Source: an uncultured Bdellovibrionales bacterium (GTDB taxonomy: Bacteria; Patescibacteriota; Minisyncoccia; Moranbacterales; UBA1568). Taken from it: 64,000 bases of DNA. Both the position numbers and the translations under genes were made by a program. The notes beneath the pieces are model-generated. The model saw only the letters and a program-made list of their open reading frames with translations. It had not been told where the DNA came from and made no database searches. The stretch covers positions 2,979-66,978 of the forward strand of contig CAYQPQ010000002.1 in assembly GCA_964420045.1 (NCBI GenBank), given 5' to 3'. Position 1 is the stretch's first letter; each line of letters starts with the position of its first letter. Shown here one piece after another: positions 17,954 through 30,500 of the stretch.

Positions 17954-19681
17954 TTATTTTTTCGCAATCGGAAGTCTGACGAGAAACGTCGTTCCCTTCC
18001 CCTCCTCACTCTCAAATGAAACACGTCCGCCCATTTCTTCAACGAAGTTTTTCACCACAGCAAGTCCCAATCCCGATCCTTCTGTCTTCCAGCGAAGTGC
18101 ATTTGAAGCGCGGAAAAACTTCCCGAAAATTTTCTCGCGTTCCGACTTCGGAATACCGATACCGGTATCGGAAACGGAAAGACTCGCTTCATGTTCCGAA
18201 AGTTCTTCCAATCGAACGGTAACCGTCGACTCGGGACGACTGTATTTGACAGCATTGTGGATAAGATTCTCGCACACCTCATGCAAACGCCTCGGAAACG
18301 ATACGACTTTCCAGCTACTCGACTTTTTTGTCGGTGAAAAATCAATGCGCACGCCGGATTTCTCCGCAAGCGATTGCAGTTCACCGAGCACCGTCGATAT
18401 CGTCTCGACAATACCGACCGCTTCGGACGATTCGGGATCCTGCCCGGCGTCAAGCAAGGCGACGTTCAAGAGATCATTGATAAGCCCGATCATGCGAAGT
18501 GTATTCGCGTGTATCTTCTTCACCGTCTCGGAAACTTCCGGAGAAACATCTCCGACATCACCGCCCAAGAGCATCTCCATATTCCACCGCATACCCGAAA
18601 GCGGCGTCCGAAGCTGATGTGCTGCAACGGAAAGAAATCGATCCTTGGCACTGTCCATGGCGCGCTCTTCCGTCATGTCCTTGAGGACAATCATACAGCC
18701 GAGCAGTCGCTTGTCATCGGAAGAAATCGGATTAACGGAGTAGGCAACAGCCAACGGTTCCAGATCTTTTCGGATCAATATGCCGCGAGCGTCTTCCAGA
18801 GAAGATTTCGTAGCAATAATCTGTTCGAGAAAATCCACCACAGTGTCCGGACGTTTCTCATTGGCAAGTGAAAACAAATCCTGACACCGACTTCCCAGAA
18901 GAGCCTGCTTTTCAATGTCACCCTTCGAAACGCCGAGAATATTCCCCGCCGCTTCATTGAGAAACAAAATATTTCCTCCGAGATCAACGGCGATGACGCT
19001 ATCGCCGATAGATCGCAAGAAACGAAGAACCGAATCTCGCTCCTCTTTTTCTCGAGCAAGCGCTTCATTGGCGATTTTCAAGTCTTCCGCTTGGGCCACC
19101 AAGCGCGATTCATACTGTCGCCGCTCGGTAATATCGCGTTCGATGCCCACAAAGAATCGAATATCGCCCTGTTCATCAAGAAGCGGGGAAACGCCGATCT
19201 CAGCAGCATACAACTCACCGGACTTTCGTTTATTTGTCACTTCGCCGGAAAACCGCCGCTTTCGGCCCTTAATCGTGCTCCAGAATTCCTCATAGAATTC
19301 CTTTCCCATCTGCTTTCCCCACAGTGCAGGGGTTTTTCCGATAATCTCATCGATCGCGAAACCGGTTACGTGCTCGACAGCCGGATTCGCATAGAGCACG
19401 ATGCCGTCCGGATCGGTAATGACCATGTGATCAAAACTTTCTTCCGCCGCCATGCGAAACTTCTTCAATTCCTCCGTTTGATCCCGAAGTTGCCCCTCGA
19501 GAATGCGCGCGTCGTCGAGCACATTGAGAATCGCTTTTTCGGTATCTTCAAGCTGGCGCACTTTTTTCTCAAGATCGCGAACATACACTGTGGACACCTT
19601 CGTCTCTTCGCTACTTGATGACTCCGACGATGTAGTGATGTGTGGCATAAAAAGAATTCCGTCAATTATGGTTCTTGCCAA
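17954..19681 (-). CDS. PAS-domain sensor histidine kinase (HisKA and HATPase_c domains), cytoplasmic
   Basis: The H-box is VAAHQLRTPLSGMRWNMEML. The N-box and G-boxes ...NLIHNAVKYS...VSDTGIGIP...GSGLGLAVV follow. Upstream PAS repeats are present (DGIVLYANPAVEHVTGF). Confidence 0.85.
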   Translation of the reverse strand: MARTIIDGILFMPHITTSSESSSSEETKVSTVYVRDLEKKVRQLEDTEKAILNVLDDARILEGQLRDQTEELKKFRMAAEESFDHMVITDPDGIVLYANPAVEHVTGFAIDEIIGKTPALWGKQMGKEFYEEFWSTIKGRKRRFSGEVTNKRKSGELYAAEIGVSPLLDEQGDIRFFVGIERDITERRQYESRLVAQAEDLKIANEALAREKEERDSVLRFLRSIGDSVIAVDLGGNILFLNEAAGNILGVSKGDIEKQALLGSRCQDLFSLANEKRPDTVVDFLEQIIATKSSLEDARGILIRKDLEPLAVAYSVNPISSDDKRLLGCMIVLKDMTEERAMDSAKDRFLSVAAHQLRTPLSGMRWNMEMLLGGDVGDVSPEVSETVKKIHANTLRMIGLINDLLNVALLDAGQDPESSEAVGIVETISTVLGELQSLAEKSGVRIDFSPTKKSSSWKVVSFPRRLHEVCENLIHNAVKYSRPESTVTVRLEELSEHEASLSVSDTGIGIPKSEREKIFGKFFRASNALRWKTEGSGLGLAVVKNFVEEMGGRVSFESEEGKGTTFLVRLPIAKK

Positions 19682-21212
19682 TAAGCCGACGACACTCGCC
19701 TATTTCCTTCTTGAGTTCAACCATACGAAGTTCCCGACTCACCATGATGGCATTCAATCGCTCCGTATCTTTTCGCTTCTGAACCTCCGCATCTTCCAAC
19801 TCTTTCCGATCGGTTATATCGATGGCCGTATGCAAAAATCCCAAGAAGACACCCGAGGAACTCGAAAATGGAACACTATTATCAAGCATCCATCGATACC
19901 GATTCTTCGACAATGCCACGCGATATTCCATCCGAAGCGGTTTCCTGTTTTCAAAAGCAGACAAACATTGCGCACGGTAGAGCGGTTCATCATCAGGATG
20001 TATACTCTTCTGCCACACATCCGTAAAACGCTCTTTGGAAACTTCTCCGACAAGCGAGAGCGTCTGCTTGTTCGCATAGAGACAGGCCCGATTCCGGTCA
20101 ATCATCCAGAGAAATGCCGGCATAGTATCGGCAATTGTCTGGAATCGCCGCTCGGCAAGATCTCCCCGCTCGCGCACCTGCAAAAGCGACCGAAGCATGG
20201 CGTTGATTTCCCCGGCAAGCTTAGCAATCTCATCACTCCCCGAAAATTCTATGCCCGATTTTGATATACCCTTCTCACGCGCCTGTGCAAGAGATCGGCT
20301 CAAGTAGTTCACGCGAGACAGCACCGTCCAATGAAGAAGAAAGAAAATAAGCGCCGTCGACACAAGAAAAAATCCGAGCAAGGAGAGAATCACGACGATT
20401 TTCGACACACCGAAAGCCGTAGGAATTGCCCGCTCGACTTTATAGAAGAGAAGCGGGCTTCCGAAAACATCCGAAACAAATCCGTATCCGGAAATCGTCG
20501 CCTCCCCAACGACGGTCTGCGGTTCTTTTGAAACAACAAGCGTATTCGCAATGCTCGAAAAATCCGCCGGAAAATTCTTCGATCCGTACAGTTCAAACGA
20601 AACCGGATACCCGAGAAAATTGGACAACTCATATCGATACGAGTCATTGACCGTCATTACAAACGCTATCGTACCGCGAGACGGTCCTTCTCCGTGCGAA
20701 GTCATAATGGGTCGTGTCGCGATAAACGCCGGCCCAGACGACAATTGAATCATCCCGGAATGCACTCTCGAAAGAGAATCGAATGTCGAGAGAAGCGATC
20801 CCGCTTTCAACTGATTATCAATATCACCCGGAACGGGAATCTCCTTTCGAGTTTCCTGATCCATGCCCCGTTCCGCCAAAACATTCCCCTCCCGGTCGGC
20901 GACGACAACAAAGTTAACGTCGAGCACATCGAGAGATTCGACCGGAAGATTCGAGTCAATAAACTCCTTCGTCGGACTATCCGCAAACGCATACATATCG
21001 TCCCACTGCGACCAATCGAAAAGTTGATGATCCATGTTCCGTATATCCCGATCAATCGCCCGACCGGTCCATTCAACATTTCCCTGAACCGATCGCTGCT
21101 CATTCTCAACCAGTCGCCCCAAAAAGAAAACACCCAACCATCCATAGAGCGCAATTAAGACCACTTCCAACGAATACGCCACAATAAAAAATATTTTCTT
21201 TCGCAAAGTCAT
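19662..21212 (-). CDS. Membrane sensor protein with a periplasmic sensing domain, a transmembrane helix and a PAS domain, but no kinase domain; a possible N-terminal half of a split or frameshifted hybrid sensor kinase
   Basis: Two transmembrane helices flank a periplasmic domain of about 230 aa, followed by a PAS-like region (TMPAFLWMIDRNRACLYANKQ...) and a coiled coil. The ORF ends 20 nt inside the start of the downstream kinase ORF, in a different frame. Confidence 0.6.
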   Translation of the reverse strand: MTLRKKIFFIVAYSLEVVLIALYGWLGVFFLGRLVENEQRSVQGNVEWTGRAIDRDIRNMDHQLFDWSQWDDMYAFADSPTKEFIDSNLPVESLDVLDVNFVVVADREGNVLAERGMDQETRKEIPVPGDIDNQLKAGSLLSTFDSLSRVHSGMIQLSSGPAFIATRPIMTSHGEGPSRGTIAFVMTVNDSYRYELSNFLGYPVSFELYGSKNFPADFSSIANTLVVSKEPQTVVGEATISGYGFVSDVFGSPLLFYKVERAIPTAFGVSKIVVILSLLGFFLVSTALIFFLLHWTVLSRVNYLSRSLAQAREKGISKSGIEFSGSDEIAKLAGEINAMLRSLLQVRERGDLAERRFQTIADTMPAFLWMIDRNRACLYANKQTLSLVGEVSKERFTDVWQKSIHPDDEPLYRAQCLSAFENRKPLRMEYRVALSKNRYRWMLDNSVPFSSSSGVFLGFLHTAIDITDRKELEDAEVQKRKDTERLNAIMVSRELRMVELKKEIGECRRLIGKNHN

Positions 21213-21324
21213 AGGGATATTTATTTTGTTTTAGAACCTGTTTACAATCTCTCTTTCGTTACGAGACTCTCAAATTTCGGCTGCAAAACATTCGTATTTC
21301 GTCTGGTTGCTCTCCGAGTAGCCG

Positions 21325-23631
21325 TCACTCATAGCGAAGCGCATTCAGTGCTGATATTTTCGTCGCACGGCGCGCCGGATAGAGCCCCGTCAAAACACCG
21401 ACAGCCAGAGAGAAAATAAGAATGGTAACCACGAAAAGATTCGGGATATATGCGACATCAAGAACACCGAGATTCTTATCGCGAAGAAAGGCAACGGTAG
21501 AAATCAATATGCCAATCGCCTTGCCCGCCAAAAATCCCAAGAAAAGCCCCAGCACCCCGCCAAAGAACGACATAACCATAGACTCCGTAAGAAACAACTC
21601 CTGCACTTCGAACGCTTTCATGCCCATCGCTTTCATAAGTCCGACTTCGCGCGTTCGTTCGAGGAGCGACACTGTGAGCGTATTGAACATACCGAGTGCG
21701 GCAACGCCAAGTGCTGCCATACCGAGAAGCGCTAGCACAATTCTTGCCGTTCCGAAAAAATTATTGATCTGCTCCACCGTATCGGCAACGGACGTGGTCA
21801 CATATCCCATGCCTTCGACTTGCCGACGAACATTCGCGAGCGATTCCTGCGTCGCAACCGTCAATTTCACCTGAGAATAATTTGTAACGCCGAGCGTTCG
21901 CACATCAATAAAGGGAACATAAAATACCGGTGTTTTATCATCGGGAATAACTCCGATAATCGAATACTCCGATTCAACAGACTCGACCTTCTGCGCCTTG
22001 CCTCCAAGGAGCGAACCGGTTATCACAAAAGAAACACTAAACTTCTTGCCAACAGCTTCCGATTCGGAAAGCGAGAGCACGCGAAGCATTGCGCGATTTA
22101 CCACCGCTTCGCGCTTCGCCGCGTCCCCAAGAGCCGCTCGCTCCACCGATTTATCAGTTCCGGCCGCATCACCAAGGTCAAGTTCCACCCACTCGCCATC
22201 CGATGCGGACACCTTGATATTGTTCACCGTGGTCGATGCATCGGGAGAGGATTCGGCAGCTGCTGCACCCTCTGATGAGACTGCCTCCGTACTCTCACCA
22301 AGCACAAGACCGGCAGCGTCGGTCATCTCTTGATCGGCAACATATACCGGAGTGATCGAAACTTCGTCATCTACAAGAGCGAAATATCCCTGCTCCACCC
22401 GAACAGATCCATTCGAATCTTTGAGAGGTGAAAAATCATCCGCACAAGCATCGGAATCATTGCAGTCGGAAGACTGCTTCCAGAGAGGCGCTTCCAGAGA
22501 AATCCACTTCCCCAGCACCTCTCCCTGCGCGCCGCGGTATGCCTCTCCAGAATCCAGAACCGTACTCCCATAGGGTTTTCCGGCAACAATATCACCCTTC
22601 ACGGGAATACGAGCAATGCGAACATATCCGAGCAGCCGCGATTTCGGATCGGGCGATTCCCGCAATCTTGCCCACACCGTCGAAGACGCCTGGATCGAAA
22701 TCGGTTCGAGAATATCGCCGAAGCCATCGGGAGAAGGCGGGGCGGAATCAGAGACTCCCGCTACGGTTTTCACCGTCGGAAGATTCGCCGAAAGATCATT
22801 GCTTTCGAAAATCACTCCTGAAGACGGCCGAATTGCCGACTGGCGCAAATAATCGGAAGTGACCGCATAAACCGCCATGTCCGATACCGATCCTTGGTAG
22901 TTCACCTTGCCAACCACGGCAACGAGCGGCGCAACGGATTCGACATTTGGAATCTCTCGCATATTCGCAAGCGTCTCATCATTAATCTTCACTTTGCCAC
23001 CGGCTTGAGGAGACACATCCATCTGTCGCATCTCCTCAAGTCTCGCCACCTGAGAAATAACCAGCCGCTGCACGCCATACCCGAGCGACACGAGAAACAC
23101 AATCGAAGCGATGCCCAATGCCATGCCGCCTATGGTAATCGCCGTTCGCGTTTTCTTCACTTTCATATTCCGAACCGCAATGCCGATAAGGCTGATTCGA
23201 TCAATGGATTTTCGCCGCTCGATACGAAATAATTTTTCGATTTTGCTGTAGAGTGCGGCAAACATTTCTTCGCTTGACCGCGGAGACGGATGGCGCAGCA
23301 CTTTCCGAACACGTCCATATACCGAAAACACCCCGCGCGCCACAATATAGAAAAGCAGAAGCACGACAAAGAGCACGAGCCGAAGGAAAGTACTCTTAAA
23401 AAATTCCGGAATCCCGACAATCGAGCGCCACAAACGCACAAAAAACGACGCGCGATAAATCGGCACAGCAGATTCGAGAACGGCAACACCGTGCGCGGCG
23501 GCATCTTGCACGTCACGAACGGGTTTCTTTTTTCCAAAAAAAGGAAATTGCATACAACAAAAAGAATGAATTCTAAGAACCTGCTGAAAAAACTTCAAAC
23601 CAATAAAGAGTTGACCGAGCTTTTTCAACAA
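21325..23631 (-). CDS. ABC transporter permease, FtsX/MacB family with a large periplasmic domain
   Basis: An N-terminal transmembrane helix and a long periplasmic region precede the C-terminal FtsX four-helix module ...LLERTREVGLMKAMGMKAFEVQELFLTESMVMSFFGGVLGLFLGF... The true start is probably internal to this ORF. Confidence 0.7.
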   Translation of the reverse strand: MLKKLGQLFIGLKFFQQVLRIHSFCCMQFPFFGKKKPVRDVQDAAAHGVAVLESAVPIYRASFFVRLWRSIVGIPEFFKSTFLRLVLFVVLLLFYIVARGVFSVYGRVRKVLRHPSPRSSEEMFAALYSKIEKLFRIERRKSIDRISLIGIAVRNMKVKKTRTAITIGGMALGIASIVFLVSLGYGVQRLVISQVARLEEMRQMDVSPQAGGKVKINDETLANMREIPNVESVAPLVAVVGKVNYQGSVSDMAVYAVTSDYLRQSAIRPSSGVIFESNDLSANLPTVKTVAGVSDSAPPSPDGFGDILEPISIQASSTVWARLRESPDPKSRLLGYVRIARIPVKGDIVAGKPYGSTVLDSGEAYRGAQGEVLGKWISLEAPLWKQSSDCNDSDACADDFSPLKDSNGSVRVEQGYFALVDDEVSITPVYVADQEMTDAAGLVLGESTEAVSSEGAAAAESSPDASTTVNNIKVSASDGEWVELDLGDAAGTDKSVERAALGDAAKREAVVNRAMLRVLSLSESEAVGKKFSVSFVITGSLLGGKAQKVESVESEYSIIGVIPDDKTPVFYVPFIDVRTLGVTNYSQVKLTVATQESLANVRRQVEGMGYVTTSVADTVEQINNFFGTARIVLALLGMAALGVAALGMFNTLTVSLLERTREVGLMKAMGMKAFEVQELFLTESMVMSFFGGVLGLFLGFLAGKAIGILISTVAFLRDKNLGVLDVAYIPNLFVVTILIFSLAVGVLTGLYPARRATKISALNALRYE

Positions 23632-23634
23632 ACC

Positions 23635-24555
23635 CTAAGCAGTTTCTGGCACCGAAGGTTGAGAAGCAGACTTCCCACTCGACCCTCCATACGAAAATAC
23701 CTCTGGTTCGGCATTCGGATCCTCTTCAAGACCGGCACCCTGTTGAATACTCACACCGCGTTTGTATTTCAATTCTTTCTCCAGATTCGCTTTTTCCTCA
23801 CCGCGATAAATACCAAGAAGATGCCCGTCTCGCATGGAAAGCGCTGTTTTTGCATACGCAAGATACTCAAGATCGTGCGTCACCATAATGAGCGTTTTCC
23901 CGTTCTCATTGAGTGACCGAAGAAGTTTTAAGAGCATCTCGCCGGCATCATAATCCAGGTTGCCGGTCGGTTCATCCGCAATGATAACTTCCGGATCGGT
24001 GATAAGCGCTCGAGCAACCGCGATACGCTGCTGCTGTCCGCTCGAGAGATCCATCGGGTGATAATCCGCCCAATCGACAAGCTCCACCGAGCGAAGCGCC
24101 TCGCGCGCGCGTTCAAACGCCGTCAGCCGATCCCAGCCAAGCAAGAACAATGGAAAGGCGATATTCTCCAGAACGCTCAGTGACTTCACCCAATTCGACT
24201 GCTGATACACCATACCGATATGCTTTTTGCGAAACTCCGATCGAACATCCTCTTCCACTCCCGGACCATACAGGTTTTCTCCGAGAAACGTCATACTTCC
24301 TTTTGATGGTCCCTCCAGCCCGAGAATAATATGGAGCAGCGTCGACTTCCCACATCCGGACGGCCCGAACACGATCAAGAAATCAGATCGCTCTACGGTA
24401 AAACTAATGCCTTTCAAGACATCGATAATCTGCGTTCCGACATGAAACGATTTATGTACGTCGGTCACCGCAATAACCGGTTCGCCCGCCTGAGGAGTCG
24501 ATTCGTACCCTCCGGCAAATGGCTGTTTTGAAATGGGAGTGATAGTTTCCGACAT
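23635..24555 (-). CDS. ABC transporter ATP-binding protein (MacB/LolD-like)
   Basis: Walker A is GPSGCGKST, the signature is LSGGQQQRIAVARAL and Walker B is IIADEPTGNLD. Confidence 0.88.
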   Translation of the reverse strand: MSETITPISKQPFAGGYESTPQAGEPVIAVTDVHKSFHVGTQIIDVLKGISFTVERSDFLIVFGPSGCGKSTLLHIILGLEGPSKGSMTFLGENLYGPGVEEDVRSEFRKKHIGMVYQQSNWVKSLSVLENIAFPLFLLGWDRLTAFERAREALRSVELVDWADYHPMDLSSGQQQRIAVARALITDPEVIIADEPTGNLDYDAGEMLLKLLRSLNENGKTLIMVTHDLEYLAYAKTALSMRDGHLLGIYRGEEKANLEKELKYKRGVSIQQGAGLEEDPNAEPEVFSYGGSSGKSASQPSVPETA

Positions 24556-24563
24556 ATCAGCGT

Positions 24564-27500
24564 TTACTGGCCAAAGATGGATTTAAGACTCGAAAACACA
24601 ATATCGAGCGCATTCTCGGTCGCTTTCGGCGCAATGGAGACAATATCAATCGATTCTCCGACATTCCCCGCCTTGTCTTTCGAAAGCACACGAAGATGAT
24701 ACACCTTCGACGGCGTTAATTTCGAGATCACCACCGTGTGATTCGATACCAACGAAGCGTCCTCTTGCGTCTTCTGCGGATAGACCGACCCCGTCCCCTC
24801 GCCATACTCCACCTGCGAAGTTGCCGACTCATCCGTTGTCCATGTAATCACCAATTGCGCCTCCGCCTCGCCCTGACTCCCGTCGGACGACTTCACGATA
24901 AGCCCCTCGACATTCGCATCAATGATTTGCGGAGCGCGCGTGTCGGTTGCCGTCGTGAACTGCAAGGCGTCGGATTTCGCTTCATTGCCAAAATTGTCTC
25001 TCCCTCGCACCACCAGCGAATAAGATGTTTGAGGCAGAAGATCCCGAAGCAATATGCGGTGTTCTCCCGCTACCATCTTCGCATCCACCTCATCCTTCGC
25101 ATCGCCCGCATTTCCCTCGGGGACATATGTGACAATGGAAGACGTTTCCGTATTGGTCTTCCATGAAATCAAAAGTACGGTCTGCGCCGTTCCCTTTACC
25201 TGCTGAATACGCACTTCTTCAATCTTTGGTCGCGGCAACGTTTCAAAGGAAAGCGTATTTCCTTCATATTCCTCTTCTTCACTATCAACGGTATTGATCT
25301 TGTAATAATATTTCGTGCCATCAAGCAGATCTTCGAGACTGGTCGTATAGGTTGTCTCGGACGTCGAGGTGGATATCTCCTTCACCAAACCAAACGCCTC
25401 CGTAAGTCCGTAGTATATTTTCACTTTGCTCGCCCCTCTTGCCGTAAATTCCAAAATAGCACTCGAAAGACCCGCGCTTTTCAAATTCGGATCGATAACC
25501 GTCGGAGCAGGATCAGTCTTAAACGACTTCTCACCCGAGAGTCCGGTATTACCGTCTTCGTCCGTCCAGCGCGCACGGTAGTGATAGGTTGTCCCCGGAG
25601 AAAGATTCGAGAGCTTGATCTCATGATCCGTCACCTGTTCGGAATTACTTGGTTCCTCGGAATAATAGTCTCCGGAACCCTTCCCATATTGCACCTTGCT
25701 GTCAGACGCCCGATCGGTCGACCACCCAATAGTCGCACTCTTGGTGGTAATGAGTGAAACCGACGGACCGGAAGCGAGCCCCGCCGCCTCGGTGTATTTC
25801 CCGGTCGGATACGCCGAAACAATTTCACTGAATGCGCCGCAGTTATTAACACTGTCACACGCGCGAATCTTATAGTAGTGCAGCGCCTGCGTCAGTCCCG
25901 TGTCCACAAAGGCGATACCGCTCGTCGAGGCAACTTTCGTATACGTCCCGCTCTCACTCAACGAGTGATAGATCTGATAGGAATCGACACCGGAACCGAT
26001 ATCCGCCGGCGCCTCCCATGACACCGCCAGCTTCCATGACTCGGTATTTTTCACTGACACATCCGCGATATCGGTATTCAGCGGAATGCCCGGCGCGCTT
26101 GTATCAGCGACAAACTCAACCGTTTCGTAGGCTCCATAATTTATAACGCCGCCCAAATCCTCCGGATTCTTCGCAACAACATAAAACGTGTTCGTGCCCT
26201 TTTGCGTCGCAAACGCCGATGCTGCAACCGACTCCACTCCGGAAGCGGTAAACGTGCAGGCATCTTCCGACGGCACAGCATTTACCGTATAGCAGTACGT
26301 GAGATCACTCGCATCTCCCGAAAAACTAAACGGCGGATCCCACGTGAACGCGAAAGAGTTCGCGGTGTTTGTTGCCGGTATCGCTTGGACATTTTGCGGC
26401 GCCGTCGGTCCGGCTCCTGCATAGTAAAACGAGGTACGCACATTGCTCGCGCTGACATTTCCCGCCACATCAATCGTACGCAAATAAAAGAAATTCTCTC
26501 CCGTCTGGTAGGCAGCGTCGGCGATATCAACTTGGAGAGCCGTCGTCGTTGACGACCAACCATCGCTCGCAACCGTCGCTGCAATTTGATACTGATATCC
26601 GGCAATCATCGAGTTCGTCGACGGATTGCCGTTTCCGTCCGTTCCCGCGCTCCACAAGAACGAAAAGTCATTGTCAGGAGAGTACACAGCTGGCGCTGCG
26701 GTTACACCAAGCGGATTCGTCGGAGCCGTCGAGTCGAGCCAATAGGAAAACGCCACAGGAAATGTCACACTTGTATTCTGTGCGACATCTTTCGCTTTCA
26801 CGATAAGATAGTATTTCTGTCCGCTTACCAAGGCATTCCCATCCGTATCGACAGTGGCTGTATAGCTGTTTCCTGCTTGGAAATCCCCCTGCGTTGTCGG
26901 CTCAGCACTCGCCGATGTGCCGAAATATACATAGTACCCCGCAACGCCCGACCCGCCGGTATCGGCTGCAGCGGACCACTCGAAATAGGGTGCTGAATAG
27001 GAATACCACGTACCCGTTGTCAAATCGGTTAATCCACCGCTTGCATTCTTGGCAGCGAGTGTCGGCGTACCGGACCATGTTGGCGCCGCAAGATCCGCTG
27101 TCGCTGTCAACGTAACCGAGTTGAGTCGAACTAACTCATTGCCATTCCCAAGAAGCACCGCTTGCCACAACAATCCGCCCGACCCTGCGGGAAATGTCGG
27201 GATATTCGTCGATATCGTCGAGGCGTCATTCGACTGCGCATATCCAGACGATGTTGCCCATGCGGAACCACTCCAATATTGCCATGTCGATCCGCCATCG
27301 CTCGAGAGGCGGTATGCGATATTTCCCGGCGCATCCTCATCCGCAACAAATGAGTCCCACTTCTTCACGCCGGAGGTGTGAACCGCCGAAGCGAGCGTCA
27401 CGGTTTCGTATCCGTTCGAATACGGAGTCGACTGAAACGACGTTCGCGCAACAGAACTGATTCGAAGCTCATCGAGAGAACCCTGAAAGAACCCTTCCGG

Positions 27501-30500
27501 TTTTCCGTATTCGCGACCGGCATATGTTGTCCCGATAAGAATATCGCTCGACGAATCCGCAATCGACATCGAAATAGAGCGCGAATTATTCAGCGTACCG
27601 TCAATATACACACTCATCGTGGAGCCATTATACGTTGCGGCGACATGGTGCCAATTTGTATTAAAAGAACTCGTTGAAGACTGCAAGAAAGCATTGTTGC
27701 CAAACGACCAAACAGCCGCATCGGCATTCGCTGTATTTCCGGTGCCAGCATAAAACTTTCCTTTGTAGGCACTGAACGCGCCGACTTCTTCAATCGTCGA
27801 CCCCCAACTTCCGTTCACGTTGTCACCACCGGCTTGCGCCCACAACGATCCAGCATATCGCCACACCTCTCCGTCTCCGGCTGTCGTGCCCAGTCCCGCA
27901 TAGAGCGCTCCGTTATAAACAGCGAGCGTTCGAACCCGCTCATAGGTTCCGCTTGACCAACTTCCACCAATATCGTCGCCTCCGATAAGCGTCCACGACG
28001 AGCCATCATATTTCCACACTTCCGCATCATCGGTCGATGTGCCAAGCCCCACATACAAAAACCCGGCGTACACAATCATACTGTCCACTTGTTCATAGGT
28101 ACTGTTCGCCCAGCTCGAATTGATACCGTCCCCACCGACACGACTCCACGATGGAGTACCGTCACAATTGGCACACTCCCACACCTCGGCGTCGCCGGCG
28201 CTCGACCCCAAGCCGGCATAGAGCTTCCCAGCATGCACCCCGAGCGTTGTCACTCGTTCAAAATTCGTCGTCCAGCCGGAATACAGACTGTCGCCGCCAA
28301 CCTTAGTCCACGTTGAACCATTCCATCGCCATACTTCCGCGTCATTCGCGCTATTGCCCAAACCGGCGTAGAGGAATCCGCCGTATGACGCCAAAGAATT
28401 TACCTCTTCAAAGCCCGTTGTCCAGCCGGAATTGAGACTGTCTCCGCCGATTTGTTCCCATGTCGAGCCGTTCCAATGCCACACTTCCGCATCATTCGAA
28501 CTCGACCCCAAGCCGGCATACAATTCTCCTCCGTGCCCGATAAGACTCGTCACCGTTTCATAGGTATTCGCATCCCAACTCCCATTTACACCCTGACCAC
28601 CGATAATGGTCCATGTCGTCCCATCAAACTGCCACACCATAGCATTGCCGATAGTGGCGACGCCCGTTCCCGCATACAAATAGTCACCCGTCACGTTTAA
28701 AACCTCAACACTTCGGAGCCCACGAAATCCCCAGCTGAAATTCACATAATCACCTCCGATAAGCGTCCATGACGATCCGTTCCACGCCCATTCCTGTGCC
28801 GAAACCGTCGAACTCGAAGTACTCACACCGGCATAGAGCGTCGATCCGGACACGGCAAGGGTACTTACAATAGTGTGTGTATTCGTAAAACTCCCATTCA
28901 CGCCGTCGCCGCCGATTTTAGTCCAGGTTGATCCGTCAAAACTCCATACCTCATTGTCTCCGGCCGTTGAGCCAAGACCGGCATAGAGTGTTGTCCCGTC
29001 ATTCACGATGGAGTACACCATTTCATAGCTCGAACTGTCCCAGCTTGAATTTACGGTGTCGCCGCCGATCTTGCTCCATGTCGAGCCGTTCCATTTCCAT
29101 ACTTCTGCGTCGCCTGCCGTCGAGCCGAGACCAACATAGAGATTCCCGCCAAAATAGGTCATCGAGTAGACATATTCGAACGTCGTATCCCAACTTGAGT
29201 TCAGACTGTCGCCGCCGATCTTGCTCCATGTCGAGCCGTTCCATTTCCAGACTTCGGAATCCCCGGCTGTCAAACCCAGCCCGGCATACACGTTCGTACC
29301 GTCATTCACCAAGCTATATACGCCTTCGTAATTTGTCGTCCAGCCGGAATTCAAACTATCACCGCCGATCTTGCTCCATGTCGAGCCGTTCCATTTCCAC
29401 ACTTCGGCATCATTCGCGCCCGTCCCGAGACCAGCGTAGAGCTCCCCGCCAACAAACGTCAGCGCATTCACCGCCTCAAACGTATTAATCTGCCAGCTTG
29501 AATTGAGCGCATCGCCGCCGATCTTGCTCCATGTCGAGCCGTTCCACTTCCACACCTCGGCATCGCCCGTTCCACTTCCCAGTCCGACATAGAGATTCGT
29601 GCCGTCATTCGCCATGACATACACCGCCTCAAACGTATTGATTGCCCAGCAATTGTTCAGTCCGTCTCCGCCGATCTGCGTCCATCTCGTTCCGTTCCAT
29701 TTCCACACTTCGGCGTCGCCCGTTCCGTTTCCCGTCCCGACATAGAGATTCCCATCGAGAACATTCGACGATTCGATAGTCGGATTTCCGTTCAAATCCC
29801 AACTTCCGTTAATATCGTTCCCCGCCTGCTGCGTCCATCCGGATGCCGAATCATTCGCCAGCTCATAGGTGAGCTTGCCCGTCTCATTGTCGTAGTACAA
29901 CTGATAGTCGCCCTTATCGACAATACCCTGCCGTTGAGAATGGCTTCCCGCCGAAAAAGCCGAGGAAAATTTCGTCCACGCTTCAATCGTATTCGCCTGG
30001 GACAAAGAATTTGCCGTCGAATCCGGAACCGACGCAAAAGCTGTCGTTCCGTTGAGCGAGAGCGCATTGTTTAGATTCCCCGAAACAAAGCTTCCTCCCG
30101 ATACCGTCGCGTGATTCGCATTCGACGAACTATCATTGGCCGTCGACCCGCTCGATTCGTCGAAATGATAGAGTGCTACCGTATCGCTATCGTCCGCATA
30201 GTTCTTCACCGAAAGCCGCGATTCCGTATTCGAACTATCGAGAGTCACTCCACTCGAAGCAACATAGTCACTCGGCGTTGCAAAATTCCATGCTTCACCA
30301 ATCTCCCCGTCAGCGAAAATACTGTGGATCCGACCCGAAAAGAACAGAAACGCGCCCGCCGCCACACAAGCGGACAAGACAGATAGACCGATGTATCTCG
30401 GCTTCAGACTCCAAAAAATTCGAGCTATCCGAAGCAGGAATCGCCCAAAGAAAACTCCGATCGATATGAGGAGTCGATAGAAATGGTTGTGTTTTTGCAT

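Noticed and set aside
28900-29720. Regularly spaced near-identical ~150-nt direct repeats, which could be mistaken for a CRISPR-like array
   Set aside because: The period of about 150 nt is much longer than CRISPR repeats. The units lie in frame inside the giant surface-protein ORF and translate to conserved propeller-blade repeats. No spacer-like unique segments or cas genes are present.
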